From the human T2T-CHM13v2.0 reference genome, Homo sapiens, in the NCBI RefSeq assembly GCF_009914755.1, contig NC_060937.1: 64,000 nucleotides of DNA; one strand, written 5' to 3'. Position 1 is the first letter of the stretch, and each line of letters starts with the position of its first letter. A program made the translations under genes and the position numbers. Positions 1-13,224 of this stretch are shown here, in pieces. The notes beneath the pieces were generated by a model that was not told where the DNA came from, did not search any database, and saw only the letters and a program-made list of their open reading frames with translations.

Positions 1-834
1 TGGGATTTCAGTATTTTAACACAATAATGGTGAATTTTACTTGATATTATAGTTGGCAAAGATGAAGTTTCAATTAACCATTACTATAAAACAAAATAGT
101 ATTGCTCAATTTTGAATGCTAAGGGCTGTAATTCTCAGTGAGTTTATTTAAAAAGAATACTGTATTTATTTAAAAATAAAACAATTTTTACTTCTTTGTA
201 ACCTCACTAAATCACTTATAAGCAGTAATTACATTAATCATTTGTAAAATGTTTCATTTGAGGAAGAGTACAAGCATTGGGAGGAGAGCAATTACCTACC
301 ATAATGGTGAGTTATACATAAAGAAGACGAATATTGTTACTTGTGGTGTTAGTGTAACTGATTAGTTCTAGATGCGAATTGCATTTGGGCAAGTCACCAT
401 TTTCACTTCAAATAGATTAAATGCTAGGATGATGTCAAGAAGTTCTGGGCTTCTACATTCCTTAACAATGCCTGCTATCAGGCCCTTACATTCTGCCGAG
501 ACTGAATTGTATATATAATTGTATTTTAAATGGGTAGACATGAAAAAGGCTACCATAATATATCTTTGCTATCAATGTCACACATCATAGCAGAAGACTC
601 TAAAATCTTACAAGGTTCAAAAAAATTCATACTGGGATCAAAGGATGACAATGAGCTCCCATCTTTTATGCTGTGGTTACATTTTAAAGTCCATTGCCTT
701 GCATTTTTATAGATTGATTAATAATGCTTTGCTTGCATAATGAAGCAGACAATCCTAATCAAACAATATAATAATAAAAGTGAAAGTACTTTAATTTTTA
801 TATATTTAGTAGAACAGTTTACATAATAGAATCA

Positions 835-1010
835 GAGGCTTTAAATACTATTAGGGATTAGAGAAATAATCCAATCAAAATCTTTTAACATCTCTGTAAC
901 TTCAAGTTCTTTTTAGTTTAGTAATTTAGCCAAAAGCCTACAACTAATTTCGGTAGAAAAAAGATTGAAATCCAGATCTTATGAGCTATTCAATACATTT
1001 TCAACCACTA
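835..1010 (-). mobile_element. Degenerate MIR SINE
   Basis: Resembles the reversed MIR core (GTAATTTAGCCAAAAGCCTACAACTAATT...GATTGAAATCCAGATCT); highly diverged. Confidence 0.45.
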
Positions 1011-2427
1011 TAGAAAGTGCCCTAAACATTGAGTGACCCATTAATTGTGTGGGCTCAAAAACTAGGTAAATCAAAGTGTCACTTTTACAATATAAACTTT
1101 ATGAGAAAACCATCTGTATGCTAGTGATGGCATACTTGAGATAATTCTGTAAAGAAAATATATCACCAGAGACTCTCAATATATGAAGACAATGTATGTT
1201 TTTGAAAAACGAATATAATTTTGATAAAGTATAGTTTTTAAAAGGAAGTGAAACTTTGTTAAATAGATCTAAAGTTAATTTACTCGTAATTACTCAATTA
1301 TGCATTTGTAGTTTAATATATTTATTTAGAAATGGTCATGCTTTTTCCAGGATTTAACTTGTTTTTCAGTAACTTTGACTTCTTACGGCCACGTCTATCA
1401 GAATTTTGAAAGACAAATATTGTAGTGGCAAAGATATATGAAAATTAGGAAAATATTTTTGTGCAGGTTTCTTGAAATTCACTTCCTCTGTTCTCAAAAG
1501 GAATATGCTATACCATTCTAATGTTAGCAGCTATGTGAGATGGTGAAACTCTAAATCACATAATTACGTATCAATTTTAAAGATCAGAGATGACCTAAAG
1601 TGACTTCAGTTGATGTGGTCTATTTTAAAGCCACGTGAAGAATAAATAAAGGACAGGAAACAACCTCAATAGTGACACAGACAAGCTTCAATAAAAATGG
1701 GATTTCTCCAAATGTAATGGATGTCTGGCCATGGTGGGGTAACGATGTCTTTTGCCTCTACAGAGGGTGTCTCCTGCTTCCCACATTAGTGTCCTGTCAT
1801 AATGTTGGGTCTGTTACTCTCTGTGTTTGTTTTTATTGGCTCTTTTCTTCTGACCACTACCAAATGTTTCCATTTCCTCCCAATTAAAACTGTCTTTTGG
1901 GGATGGCTTTGATTGTTTCAGCCAGTCTTCATCAAGTGTAGGGTGCCTTATTGTGCACACATTTTCTAGGGCAACTTACAGAGCCTTGATTAGCTTGTAA
2001 TTGTTGCAATTGGGTAGGTGATTACATTTTGTCCAATACCCTGTGACTAGGATGGCAGACTCACAGGAAAAAAAGCATAATAATATTTTGGAAGAAGGTT
2101 TACTCATGTTCTAGGGCATTTGAAAGGGAAGTGATGAAACTTTCAGACACTGGTGTTAAGTTACTAACACTGACACCTACAAAATATTAGCTGTCATCAT
2201 AGTCACCATAATGATCAATGTGATGATGAGGTTGCTATATACAGGCTTTTTCAATTTAAATCTCTAAGAACTCTAAGACATGCTAACATACTAATAATTA
2301 AAACACCCTTTTTGCAAACTTTTTTCACTGTTTATAAAATAGATTCACACTTCAATTTGGAGCTTGGTCCTCCAAATCCATGCTTAAATTTGGAGCTTGG
2401 TTTACTCTTTTCATTTTTTTTCCTTAG

Positions 2428-2460
2428 ATATGGATGTGCTAGCACAAAGGATGCACCCAG
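2428..2460 (+). other. Candidate 33-nt micro-exon, copy A
   Basis: Polypyrimidine tract and TTCCTTAG acceptor ending at 2427, CAG|GTAAAG donor at 2461. Length is a multiple of 3. Open in phase 1 (xMDVLAQRMHP) and phase 2 (YGCASTKDAP); stop in phase 0. Host gene not recognised. Confidence 0.55.
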
Positions 2461-3399
2461 GTAAAGGAAGTTATCAGCTGTTACACCTGCTTCCATTGTT
2501 AGGGTTGGTTCCTCTCATCTTAAATTACAGATCACACATTTCCCCCATATTAAGCTAGCATAGTGGTATAGTGGCTATACCATATGGGGCAGAGTGACTG
2601 TCATATTTTTCATTCTTGTCTTGGTCACAGAAGGAACGGCACATTATCATCAGCCATCCTGTTGATTTTTGTCTGAGTATCCAGGCTTCAGTGATTGCCA
2701 GCATGGCTATTAGCCACAGAATCATTCAAGTAATATGATACAGCTATTTTGCTGATGACTGTTCTTTGAATTTTAGCATTTCTTATACTCAAGAGTCTTC
2801 AAAAATAAAAAAGTAATGCTCTCTACTAGAATTTTGTTAAAGAAAATGTAATAAATATGCAAAATATAAAATAGAAACCAAGGTAATTACTTAAATAATA
2901 AAGGCAAAGCAATGCAATATCCAATATCCGAAATAATATTCATGAGTATATTTTAAACTATTCAAAATATTCATTTTTATTTTATTAATATCCTGTGGAA
3001 TATTTGATGGTTTTCTTAATAACATGATGCGTGAATTTTGCCCAAATGTTTAATGTTACTAGTAGTAACATCAGCAAACCTGGATTTATTTTTTAAAGGG
3101 ACTTCATTCAGAAAGACTTTATAACAATACATAATCATTGACAATGTATACTAAATTATTCTGACTTATAAGCATGCATGATAGATGTGTTGAATTTTAG
3201 TAAAGTCCGGCTATGTTTTTAAACTCAGAAAAAAATAAAATAAGGTAATTTTCTCTAATAAACTCATATGATCAAGTTAGAGGTTTTGATTAATATTAAC
3301 AAGTCCTCCATTTAGAATTTAAGGCATGTTCTTTGCTGAAAGTAGGAATTATTTTAGAAATATTATATAAAGATGAATATAAATAAAATTACTAAAAAA

Positions 3400-3840
3400 A
3401 ATTATGAATTAAATAATCTTCTCAAAAAAGATATATTGAAGACCTAAACCCTGCTATTTCAGATTGTAACCTTATCCAGAAATAGGGTCTTGCAGATATG
3501 AATCACATTAAGATGAGGTCTTATTAGAGTGGGATGGGTCCCTAATTTAGTGTGACCTTGTCCTTATAAAACAGTGGCCATGTGGAGACAGGGAGATCAC
3601 TATGTGAAGAGAGAGAATTGGAGGCATGCATCCTTGGAATACTAAAGAGTGCCAGCAAACCACCAGAAGGTGGAAAAGACAAGAAAGTATATTCCCTTGT
3701 AGGTTTCAGAGGGAGCATGCCCTTGACAATACCTGAATTTCACACTTCCCACCTACAGAACTGTGAGATAATACATTTCTGTTATTTTAAGCCACGCAGT
3801 TTGTAGTACTTTGTTATAATAATACTAGGAAATTAATACA
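3400..3840 (+). mobile_element. MLT1 (MLT1B/C-like) MaLR solo LTR
   Basis: GAAATAGGGTCTTGCAGAT...TTAAGATGAGGTC, GCCAGCAAACCACCAGAAG, CAGAACTGTGAGATAATACATTTCTGTTATTTTAAGCCAC, ending AATACA. Confidence 0.85.
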
Positions 3841-4187
3841 AAGTCATTCATAAATAATTAGTAAACATCTACCAAATTGAAAAGTTGTGTGATATATTCA
3901 AGAAGATTAATCTAGAGAATATCGGTATATTGAAGTATCTTTCTGAATCTCACCAACATACTACTAAATGTTTTAATACTTCTTATTAATGCCCTGTTAT
4001 CTATAATAAAGTTATATTGATAATTTAGTATCAAAGGTCTTTGAGATTCATGTTGAGAGGTCAAATTAGACCCTTCTCTTAACAGTTTTTTTTTTTGATA
4101 AATGCATTTTCCTGAACCCTGTTATAGGTCTTACTCAGTGAGCCTCACATTGAGAATGGAAGTCAGTCCTTCATTTTATTTCCTTAG

Positions 4188-4220
4188 AAATGAATATGCT
4201 AGCACAAAGGATGCACCCAG
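4188..4220 (+). other. Candidate 33-nt micro-exon, copy B
   Basis: TTCCTTAG acceptor ending at 4187, CAG|GTAAAG donor at 4221. 30/33 identical to copy A. Phase-1 reading xMNMLAQRMHP. Confidence 0.55.
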
Positions 4221-4954
4221 GTAAAGGAAGTTATCAGCTATCACACCTGCTTCCATTGTTAGAGTTGGTTCCTCTCATCTTAAATTGCAGATCACACATT
4301 TTCCCCACAGTAAACAAGCACATTATTATTGACAGTAAAAAGAGCAAAAATAAAAGCATATGGGAGGTGAATTTAGCAAAGGTAAGAGTACAACGACCTG
4401 ATTTGGAAAAGTCAGTGATAGCTTACTTAAGATCATTTCTGAGATAAACTTTAAGAATGAATGAAATCATTCCACGAACAAGAGTATTCTAGAGGAAGAA
4501 AACACGTGAAAAACATATGGAGGCCTAAATATTCCTCCAATTGGCTTTTGGCTCATCATGCTCTGCACTGCCCAGGGTTTCAGTGTGGGTTATAGTCTTA
4601 TTTCCAGGTTTCACCTTTGGAACATCAAAAGAGTTTGTTAATGGCTACAAAATAGCAACATGTTGTTTGAATGAGTGTTTTCTCAAATGAAAGCTTCTGC
4701 AAGAAATAAAAAGAATTGTGAACATGAGGGCGTTTGGCTGGTTGGAAGCAGCGAAACAGATCCTCCTTTAAGATCAACAAATGCATGAAATACCTCCCCT
4801 GAACTCCCTCCCTATATCCCTAGATCCCACCAATCTCAACATGCTCCATCTACGGGAAGACATCACTAATGAATCACAACTTGCTTTCCTGCTAAGAAGT
4901 GAATAAAAGTTCTCATCTCAGTACCGATGCAGTTAATCAGGGGTGGCCTGCATT

Positions 4955-4991
4955 TGTGTGTGTGTGTAAGTGTGTGTGTGTGTGTGTGTGT
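4955..4991. repeat. (TG)n microsatellite, interrupted
   Basis: Direct inspection. Confidence 0.95.
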
Positions 4992-5788
4992 TATGTTTAT
5001 GTCAGTAAAAAGGGGATGTGCATGTCTTACAACTGTAGATTCCTTCAGAAGGGCAAAAGAGAAGGACTGGGTAAAGGTTTCAAGAATGTGAAAAGATGGA
5101 GAAAGAAAAGAGGCATTGTTTCAAATGAAGCTGGGGGAAAATAAATGTTTTACCTTTTAGAAAATACTCTCCAAAATACTGTTTATTCATGTACAAGGAG
5201 CTTTTGATAGCCTTCATGCAATTCTACAGCAGCTAAACCATCATTAGCCGATGATGCCAGCTTGCTTTCACAAGTGTGTTTAATATAGTATAATTTATGG
5301 ATTTTAGTTTCAAAATAAGTACCACTTATCCTGTCTGGCACCTCTTCCTCCTTCTTCTCTGTCACAAAGTGTTGACTGTGAGCTGAGTAGCCTCCAGCCA
5401 GGAGAACTATGGACGGCTGTTCTTCCCTTTCCTACTCAGCAAAGCCACCTGCTGTTATGTCGCTCCTGGCTACTCTCAGCAAAGCGGATGCAGTGCTGGG
5501 TGAATGCCATGGTCAAACATTTGCTATGATAATAAATGTTTTAATAAGAAATTGATTAGTATCCTCTAATATCTGCAAAATATTCAGTAAAATGAACATA
5601 ATGGCAATTCTGAGCTAGAGGGCTGCACAGATTCTTGCAGCCATTTAAGTACAGCCATAGAAAGGCACACATTTTTATCTATAGTCATCTAACTCTAAGC
5701 AGAGAGACAAACATTTCAATACAGAACAATTAAAGCAGAACTAACCTGGAAAAGAGCCACCTTACTTCAGGTACCTACGGTCTTCGTG

Positions 5789-5964
5789 TAGTACTGGCCA
5801 CCTAATTTGCGGGGCCCAGTGCAAACATGAAAATATGGGGTTCCTGCTCAAAAGCTATTAAGAATATCAAGATGGCAAGAGCAGAGCATTAAACCAAGTA
5901 GGAGCCCTTTTGAGTATGGGCCTTCTGTGACTGCACAAGTCCTGTGCCCACAAAGCCAGCACTG
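5789..5964 (-). mobile_element. MER45A (hAT-Tip100) DNA transposon
   Basis: TAATTTGCGGGGCCCAGTGCAAA..ATGAAAAT and GCAGAGCATTAAACCAAG match the reversed MER45A consensus; full length of about 176 bp. Confidence 0.85.
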
Positions 5965-6222
5965 CCTTCACAGTTTGATTCTGCCATGTTACGTGTTTAT
6001 TTCATCATATTTAGATGTAGCATTTTCCTTTACCAGTTATCTATTCTCTTTTTTATCTTATGATGGAAGAACTTTTCTTCTATTTTTTCAGTCTTACTTG
6101 AAAGTGACAAAATAAATGTTATACAGTTTTGATTTTATCTACAATTGACAGATCATCAAATTCTTTCTAGGCATAAAATTCAGAATTCTGTGAGTTAGAA
6201 AAAAATCATAAATTACTTGATT

Positions 6223-6395
6223 ATCTGGGTGTGGTGGCACACTCCTGACTCCTGTAGTTCCAGCTACTAAAGAGGCTAAGGGCAGAGGATCGCTTGAGCC
6301 CAGGAGGTCCAGGTTGCAGTGAGCTGAGAACATGCCAGTATACTTAGCCTGGGTGACATCACAAGACCTTGTCTCCAAAAATTAAATAAATAATT
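6223..6395 (+). mobile_element. Free Alu right monomer (FRAM/AluJ-like)
   Basis: CCTGTAGTTCCAGCTACT...GGATCGCTTGAGCCCAGGAGG...GCAGTGAGC...AGCCTGGGTGAC followed by an A-rich tail; single monomer. Confidence 0.9.
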
Positions 6396-6784
6396 TAATT
6401 TTATTTAAAATTACTTGAAAATTAATATCTATTTTTAGATAACTCTTTAGTAATAGTATATTACACAATAATTCCAAAGTTACTTGTATTAAACACCATT
6501 TTTTCATTGATTTACCATTCTGAGCTCAGCATTGCTAAGTAGAGAAATAATCTCCCCAGTTATTAAAATATTAAAAATCTTAAGAGCACAGGAAGTAAAA
6601 TTTTCCAAACCAAATGTGTTTCAATATATCAGCTTTGTGTTCATTAATATGCAGATTTGGGCTTCTGCAGATTTAATAACACTGATCATTTGTGGCATAA
6701 AAAGTTCTGATTCTATTTATTGAGAAAAAGACAGCAATTAATATCAAAATTAATTAATCTACCATGCATATATCATTTTCCTTA

Positions 6785-8680
6785 ATAATTTCACTGAGAT
6801 ATGTTTTTATATATCAAAACATTTTAAGTATGTACAATTAAATGAACTTTAATAACTTCACCAAATGGTGAAGTTATCATCAAAAGTCAGTTTTAGGATG
6901 TTTACCTAATAACACCCCCCATTCCTATTTATAATAATTCTCCATTCCCACCTTCAGCCCAGAAAACCTCTCATCTATTTCCTGTTTCTATAGTTATCTA
7001 TTCTGGACATTTCATGTAAATGGAATCATATACTTTGTGTTCTCTTGTGTCTATTTTTTTTAACTTGGCCAACATTTTTGAGGTTCATCTATGATACAGC
7101 ATATGTGAGTAGATTGTTGTTCTTTTACTGTTGAATAGTATTCTACTATGTGTTTGTGTCACATCTGTCTATCTACTCCCAGATGATGAGCATTTCGGTT
7201 ATTTTCAGTTTGTGGGTATTAAAAATAACGGTGATATGAATACTCACATGCAAGTTCTTAATATGGACACACATTTTCATTTCTCTAGGGTAGACACCCA
7301 GCAGTGGAATTGCTGGGCCATATGGTAGCTTTATGTTTAACTTGTTGAGAAATTGCTAAACTGTTTTCTAAAGTGGCTACACCATTTTACATTCCCAGAA
7401 AAATATATATGAGGACATTTGTTTCTCCACATTCTTGCCAATATTTATTTTAGTCTGTCTCACTTATTATAACCACTCTTTCTTTGATTTCTATTTTTTT
7501 ATTTGTGCAAATTTATGGGGTACATGAGAAGGTATTTATGTATACAGAATGCACACTGATCAAGTCAGGATATCCATTCTTGTAGGTATGAAATTGTATC
7601 TCATTGTGGTTTTGATCTGCATTTTCCTAATGGGTAATAATATTGAACTTCATTTCATATACTTATTAGACATTCATATACCTTCTTCTGTATGTCAGTT
7701 CACATTTTCTTCCCATTTTATTTTTCTTTATGTTTCTTCTTGATTTGTAAGTGTTCTTTGCAAATTCGCACTGCAGATCCTTTATTGGATAAATGTTTTG
7801 CAAACATTTTCCCCCAATCTGTTACTCATCTTCTTATTTTCTTCATGGTCATTTTTAAAAGGTAAAATTTGAACTTTGAAGTTTGGTGAGGTTATTTTTT
7901 TCTTTTATGAACTATGTTTTTAGTGTCATATCTAAGAAATTGTTGCCTAACCCAAGCTCTCAACATTTTTTTCCTATTTTTTTCTACAAGTTTCACTGTT
8001 TTAGCTACTTCATTTAAGTTCATGATTCATTTGGAGTTAATTTGTGGGTGTTGTGAGGTGTAGGTCTAAGTTCATCTTTTTGGATATGGATATCCAATTG
8101 TCCCTGCACCATCTGTTGAACAGACTGTCCTTTCTCTAGCAAATATTTTTGGCAACTTGGTCAAAAATAAATTGACTATAAATATAAATATGTATTTCTG
8201 GATTCTCAATTCTTTTCCATTTTTGATATGTCTATCCTTACCATCTTGATAATTGGAGATTTATATTAAGTTGTGAAATTGTTACATAAAGCCCTCCAAC
8301 TTTTTCATTTTCCAAATTACTTTGGCGATTCTATATGTTTTTCATCTCCATATAAATTTTTAGATTTGTTTGTGTATAGCTGGTGGGGGAAGCCTGTTGG
8401 AATTTTGAAAGGGATTGAATTGAAACTTCAGATTAATTTGGGAAGAAATGCCACTTAACAATATTGAACCTTTCAATTCATGAGCATGGAATGTATATTC
8501 ACTTATTTATATCTTCTTTGATTTCTCTCAACAGAGTTTTGTGATTTTTAATGTAGAAGTCTTCACTTCTTTCTGTTAGACTTAATTATTAGCATTTGTT
8601 TTGATACTATTATGAATGGAATTTTATTCTAAATTTCTTCTTTGGATTGTTCATTGCTTGTATGCATATATCACTTTTTT
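6785..8680 (-). mobile_element. Old L1M (L1MB/MC/ME-type) 3' end and ORF2 remnant
   Basis: TTCTGGACATTTCATGTAAATGGAATCATA, GTATCTCATTGTGGTTTTGATCTGCATTTTCC and GGATATCCAATTGTCCCTGCACCAT are reversed L1 motifs. Confidence 0.85.
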
Positions 8681-8686
8681 AATGTA

Positions 8687-9294
8687 CAGTTGTGCACTGC
8701 ATAACTTTTTGATCAATGATAGACTGCATATACAACAGTGGTCCCATAAGTTTACAATGTAGCAGAAAAATTCCTATCTCCTAGTGATGTCTTGGCCATC
8801 CTAACATCCTAGTGCAATGCATTACTCTTGTGTTTGTGGTGATGCTGGTGTAAACAAACCTACTGCACTGCCAGTCATATAAGAATGTACTATGATGTCA
8901 TACACCTTCACATTTACTCATCAGTCACTCACTGACTCAACTAGAGCAATTTCCAGTCTTGCAAGCTCCATTTGCGGCAAGTGCCTGATACAGGTGTATC
9001 ATTTTTAAATCTTTTATACTGTATTTTTATTGTTCCTTTTCAATGTGCAGATAGGTTTACATACACAAATACTTATCATTGTGTTGCAATTGCCTACAGT
9101 ATTTGATACAGTAGCATGCTGCACAGGTTTGTGTCCTACGAGCAGTATGCTATACCAGGTGTGTAGCCTATGTGTGTAGTAGGCAATACCATCTAGGCTT
9201 GTGTAGGTACATTCTGTGATACTCGCACAATGACGATGTCACCTAATGATGCATTTCTCAGAATGTATCCCCATCAAGAAGCAATACATGACTG
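8687..9294 (+). mobile_element. Tigger3 (Tigger3c-sized) TcMar DNA transposon derivative
   Basis: Termini CAGTTGTGCACTGCATAAC and GCAATACATGACTG, TA dinucleotide on both sides, GGTCCCATAAG and GAAAAATTCCTATC motifs; 608 bp. Confidence 0.9.
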
Positions 9295-9562
9295 TATTTT
9301 AACAGGAGCAGAAATTTCTTTTAAACCCTGTATTTCTCTTTTGTACTTTTTTGAGCAACAAATATTCACTGTGGGAAACACAGTTATAATACAAGAGTCA
9401 CTGGAAGCTACCATATCAGGCAGTTGAGTCATATCTGCATCCACTGTAGTTCTCTGGTTCCATCTCGCTACACATATGCAGGTCAGCCAAGGCTGTGATG
9501 TTCAACAATTCCACAGTTTTATTTTTTGCCATCTTTTCTACAAATATTTTCTGGGCAGGCTA

Positions 9563-9690
9563 AAGAGCTTAGTGGTTAAGCGCACGAGTTCTAGATTCCA
9601 ATCCTAGTTCACCACACACTATTTGTGAGAGCATGAGTAGGTTCCTTACTCTCTAATTACTCTCATTTCTTCACTTGTAAAGGACGTGAT
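9563..9690 (+). mobile_element. MIR SINE
   Basis: TAGTGGTTAAG A-box, TTCCAATCCTAG B-box-like motif, CTCATTTCTTCACTTGTAAA core. Confidence 0.6.
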
Positions 9691-12256
9691 GTTACACTTC
9701 TTTCCAGGTTCCTTCTTTCTTTCCTTAACTCCATCCTTTCTTCTTTTTCTTTACTCCCTTTCCAACTCAATTTCATCACTCTAGTGAGTTCATATCAGGC
9801 CCTCTGTCTAAAATAACTGCTCTTGAACAGTACATCCTCTCAAAAACTGGGACGCCAACCTCATATTTCACATCTTACCTCTGATTTGGAAACAGTATTC
9901 CAAGGATCAATACTACCTCCTCTGAGTCCATCTCTAGTCTTCTCAATATGCCTTCCAGTTTTCCTCTCCTCTGACCTCCAGATATAACCCAGATGCAATT
10001 TGGGGCGCCCTAACTCCTTGGAGTGAAAGGTAAATGCTCAATTTCCCAGCTTTTGTGACTTCAGCATCTTCCCCCAATGTTTTCTCTGAGTGCTTGGTCT
10101 TGGTCTCCACTTCTGCATCTGTGTACAATGATTTAATTCAGCTTTGTGCTGATTGTTATGCAGATCTGGGCTCTGATACTATTTTACTATGTTAAAAACC
10201 CAATCACACTCATGTTTTCATGAATTTAATAACTTCCATGAAGATTCAGAAAGATTCAGGGAACGCTTGACTCACAGATCACAAAAACATCTGCAGTTTT
10301 GCTGTCTCCTTGCCTTGGGGAGCCCACATTTCCCAATGTGAGCAACGCACAGAGGCAGCCCATCTCCCCCAACACCTCTCTTGTGGGTAGAAGCTCTGCC
10401 AAACACACTGGCCTTCCCAAGCCCTCATGATTTTCTGAAAGATGATAGCAATGTATGTAAAAGTCCACAAAAGAACCAAAAAGAAAAGAAAAGCACCTGC
10501 ATTTTTATTATCCAGAATTCAACACCATTTTAAAAATATTGTACATGCTCTTCCTTTTATATAGTTTTTGAACTTTTCAGTTATAACCTAGTGTTTTAAG
10601 ATAATTGGGGCTCTACCTATATTTTGGCTAAAGCAATCAGATGATTAAATCACATTATTGTAACTTCCAATAAATCAGTGAATAAATTGAACAAGTTACT
10701 TTGATGTATTATTATTATTGTTATTTTGCATGATATCAAGATGGCACTATATTATAGCAATTACTTAAAGTCAGAAATCCTAATACTTTGCCAGGTACCA
10801 ATTGCATGCCCTTGAGTAGGTTACTTCAATTGGGGGGCTTCACTTTCTCTAATCATAAAAAGAGGAGGTAGTTCTATTTAGACTTCAAGCCTTCAAGCCA
10901 CCAGTGTAACAATGGACAGATATATGAAATATATGTGCTTGTACTAATTTCATTCAAACCTAAACTGAAAATGATGTCTTCGTTTTGAAAAAGAATAGAT
11001 GCATTTCCATTATTCAGTCTGAGTTGAAATGTGGAACCATGGATAAAGATAATTTTATCATAGTATTTTATCATTGTATGATCCTAATATATGCAAAAAG
11101 TTTAGACAATGTAATTATAAAAGTAAACTGAAAACTAAACTGTTGCAAATTTTTAAAATATCATAGATAATTTCTATTGCAGATAGAAAGGAGGCCTATG
11201 TGGCACGTTAGAACACTGGTACTTGATTTTGAATGTAGAGAAAGGGTTTAATGGGTTTATACCACGATTTCTCTGTCTTTTTCAATAGAAGAGTAATTGC
11301 TGGTTATTTCCATAAGCAGTTTCATATGTTTGGTGATTTAAAATGATTTTAGAATCCCAATGACAATTATTCATCAAGGACAACGTGTCCTACCACCACT
11401 CAAAGTAAAAATGAGGCTTAATCGGTTCAGAGGGCTAAATGAAAGTATTTAAAGTCAGTGTTTTTCAGTGACACCAATCTTGATGTACAGTCTTTAGCTA
11501 CTGCATGGTGGACATTTATGCAATGGTTCTGCATAATAAATAAGAAGCTAGGTGACAAAAATTTGCTAACCAGTAGTAAACCACTACCCTCCTTGTAAAA
11601 TGCCTATTAAGGCCAGCCATTTTTGCTGAAACAAACGATATAATTTTACCATTTTTTACTAGCTTCCATTCTGTAGCTCATGGGTTAAGTGCCGTTACTA
11701 AGCTTGCCCCTAAAACCCACCTGCCCTTTTCTACTTACTGGCTTTAAACTATTAATGTGCCTGGAAATCTTTGTTCTTACTTTGTAAGAACATCTATGTG
11801 GTAATTTTTTGAATGATAGCTGGTGCCAAAACTAAGATCCGTATGGTATGAAAACAGCTTAATTGTAGAGATTGTATAAACAACTCAAGTGGGGAAGAGA
11901 ACATAAGCATCTTCGGAGTTCATGCAGCATGAAGAACAGAGCGACTGCTGAACAGTCTTCCCCAAATGTACAAGCAAGCCAATCAGGGATGTGTGGCAAA
12001 CTGAGAGTGAGGCAAAAACAAAATTAGACACAGCAGACCCCAGATTATAATGTGAATCTAGAACGTTTAGGACTGCTGTCAATTGCCCTGGTCACCCACC
12101 CCCCATCTCCCACCCCACCTAATGTACCAAAACAAGACATTTTGAAAGTATAACCTAAGATATTTATTTCAAACTTCGATGAAGTCAAGATTAATCTCTG
12201 AGGCCCCTGTGAGCTGTAACATCTTGTAGTTTTATAAAAGAGATGTGTAGGGTGGT

Positions 12257-12442
12257 CAGTGATGGCTTCACAGGTGTGTAACCTGAGAAACCACATAAGG
12301 CTCTGCACTTAGAAGGCACCATGCTTAGTATAATGCTCTGGTGTTGTTGTTTCAAAATTTCTAATAATTTTCAAACAACCCTCCTCCCCACACACATATT
12401 TTCATTTTGCACTGGATCTTACAAATTTTGTAACCAATCCTG
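12257..12442 (+). mobile_element. MER45A (hAT-Tip100) DNA transposon
   Basis: CAGTGATGGCTTCA...TAATGCTCTG...ATTTTCATTTTGCACTGGATCTTACAAATT...CCTG. Confidence 0.8.
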
Positions 12443-13224
12443 GGTATAGTATTTTTGTTGCAAGTTTTAGAACAAATTCTGTGACTGTGTACTTGGAGAA
12501 GCAACTAACTTTTCTTGCATATAAGATTAGATGAGGGTGAACCAGTTACAATCAAAGGGTCTTCATGAAACTTGATCTTTAATATTGAACTTCCTTTAAT
12601 ATTTGTAACATGAAAATTATGGTCTGTTTTTAATTGATTTCAATGAGACATTCTGCGTCTTACAGCAGAATAGCAAGTTTCTAGAAATAGCTGTATCCAA
12701 ATAGACTTATTTTTTAGAACATTCCCATGTATGTTTCAGACAGTGGAAGAATGAACGTGTGTGAAAAAAAGGAGTATACTTTGAAGCTAGATAGACTTTG
12801 GTTTGGTCCTTGGTTTGGTCCTTGCCTTCAATGTAAGTTATCTGTAAAAATCCTATAAATGAACACTCTTGTTTATGGTGAAATATTTAACACCCTCTGT
12901 GCATAGTCAGGAACAAGGTAAAGTCCACCATCACCATTTTATTCGCACCATATTAAAGTCCTAGTCAGGTGTTACTAAGAGGTTCATAAGAGCCTACATT
13001 GCCTGAGAATATGTAACATACTTAAAAACAATGTATTTAAAAATTATAAAATGTTTCTAGGATAATATAATTAAACAAAATTGACTCTAGACTCATTAGA
13101 AATTTAAATAGGTCAATTTTCATAGGAAGAGTTGTTAATGGCATCTTTATCAAGAGTATCAGATCTAGATTGTTTTAAGGTAATGTCTATAAAATTTGTT
13201 TAAAAAATATTTTATTTATTATTT

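Noticed and set aside
4190-4447. 85-aa ORF starting MNMLAQRMHP
   Set aside because: Reads through a strong donor site into intron-like sequence; only the 33-nt unit is supported.
5183-5365. Protein-like 60-aa ORF on the - strand
   Set aside because: No convincing splice sites or recognisable homology; length is within chance expectation.
5789-12442. Two MER45A copies in opposite orientation as ends of a composite transposon
   Set aside because: Each is a complete element with its own termini, they are well diverged from each other, and no shared outer TSD is visible.
12798-12824. 12-bp tandem duplication TTGGTTTGGTCC
   Set aside because: Ordinary slippage duplication with no further structure.
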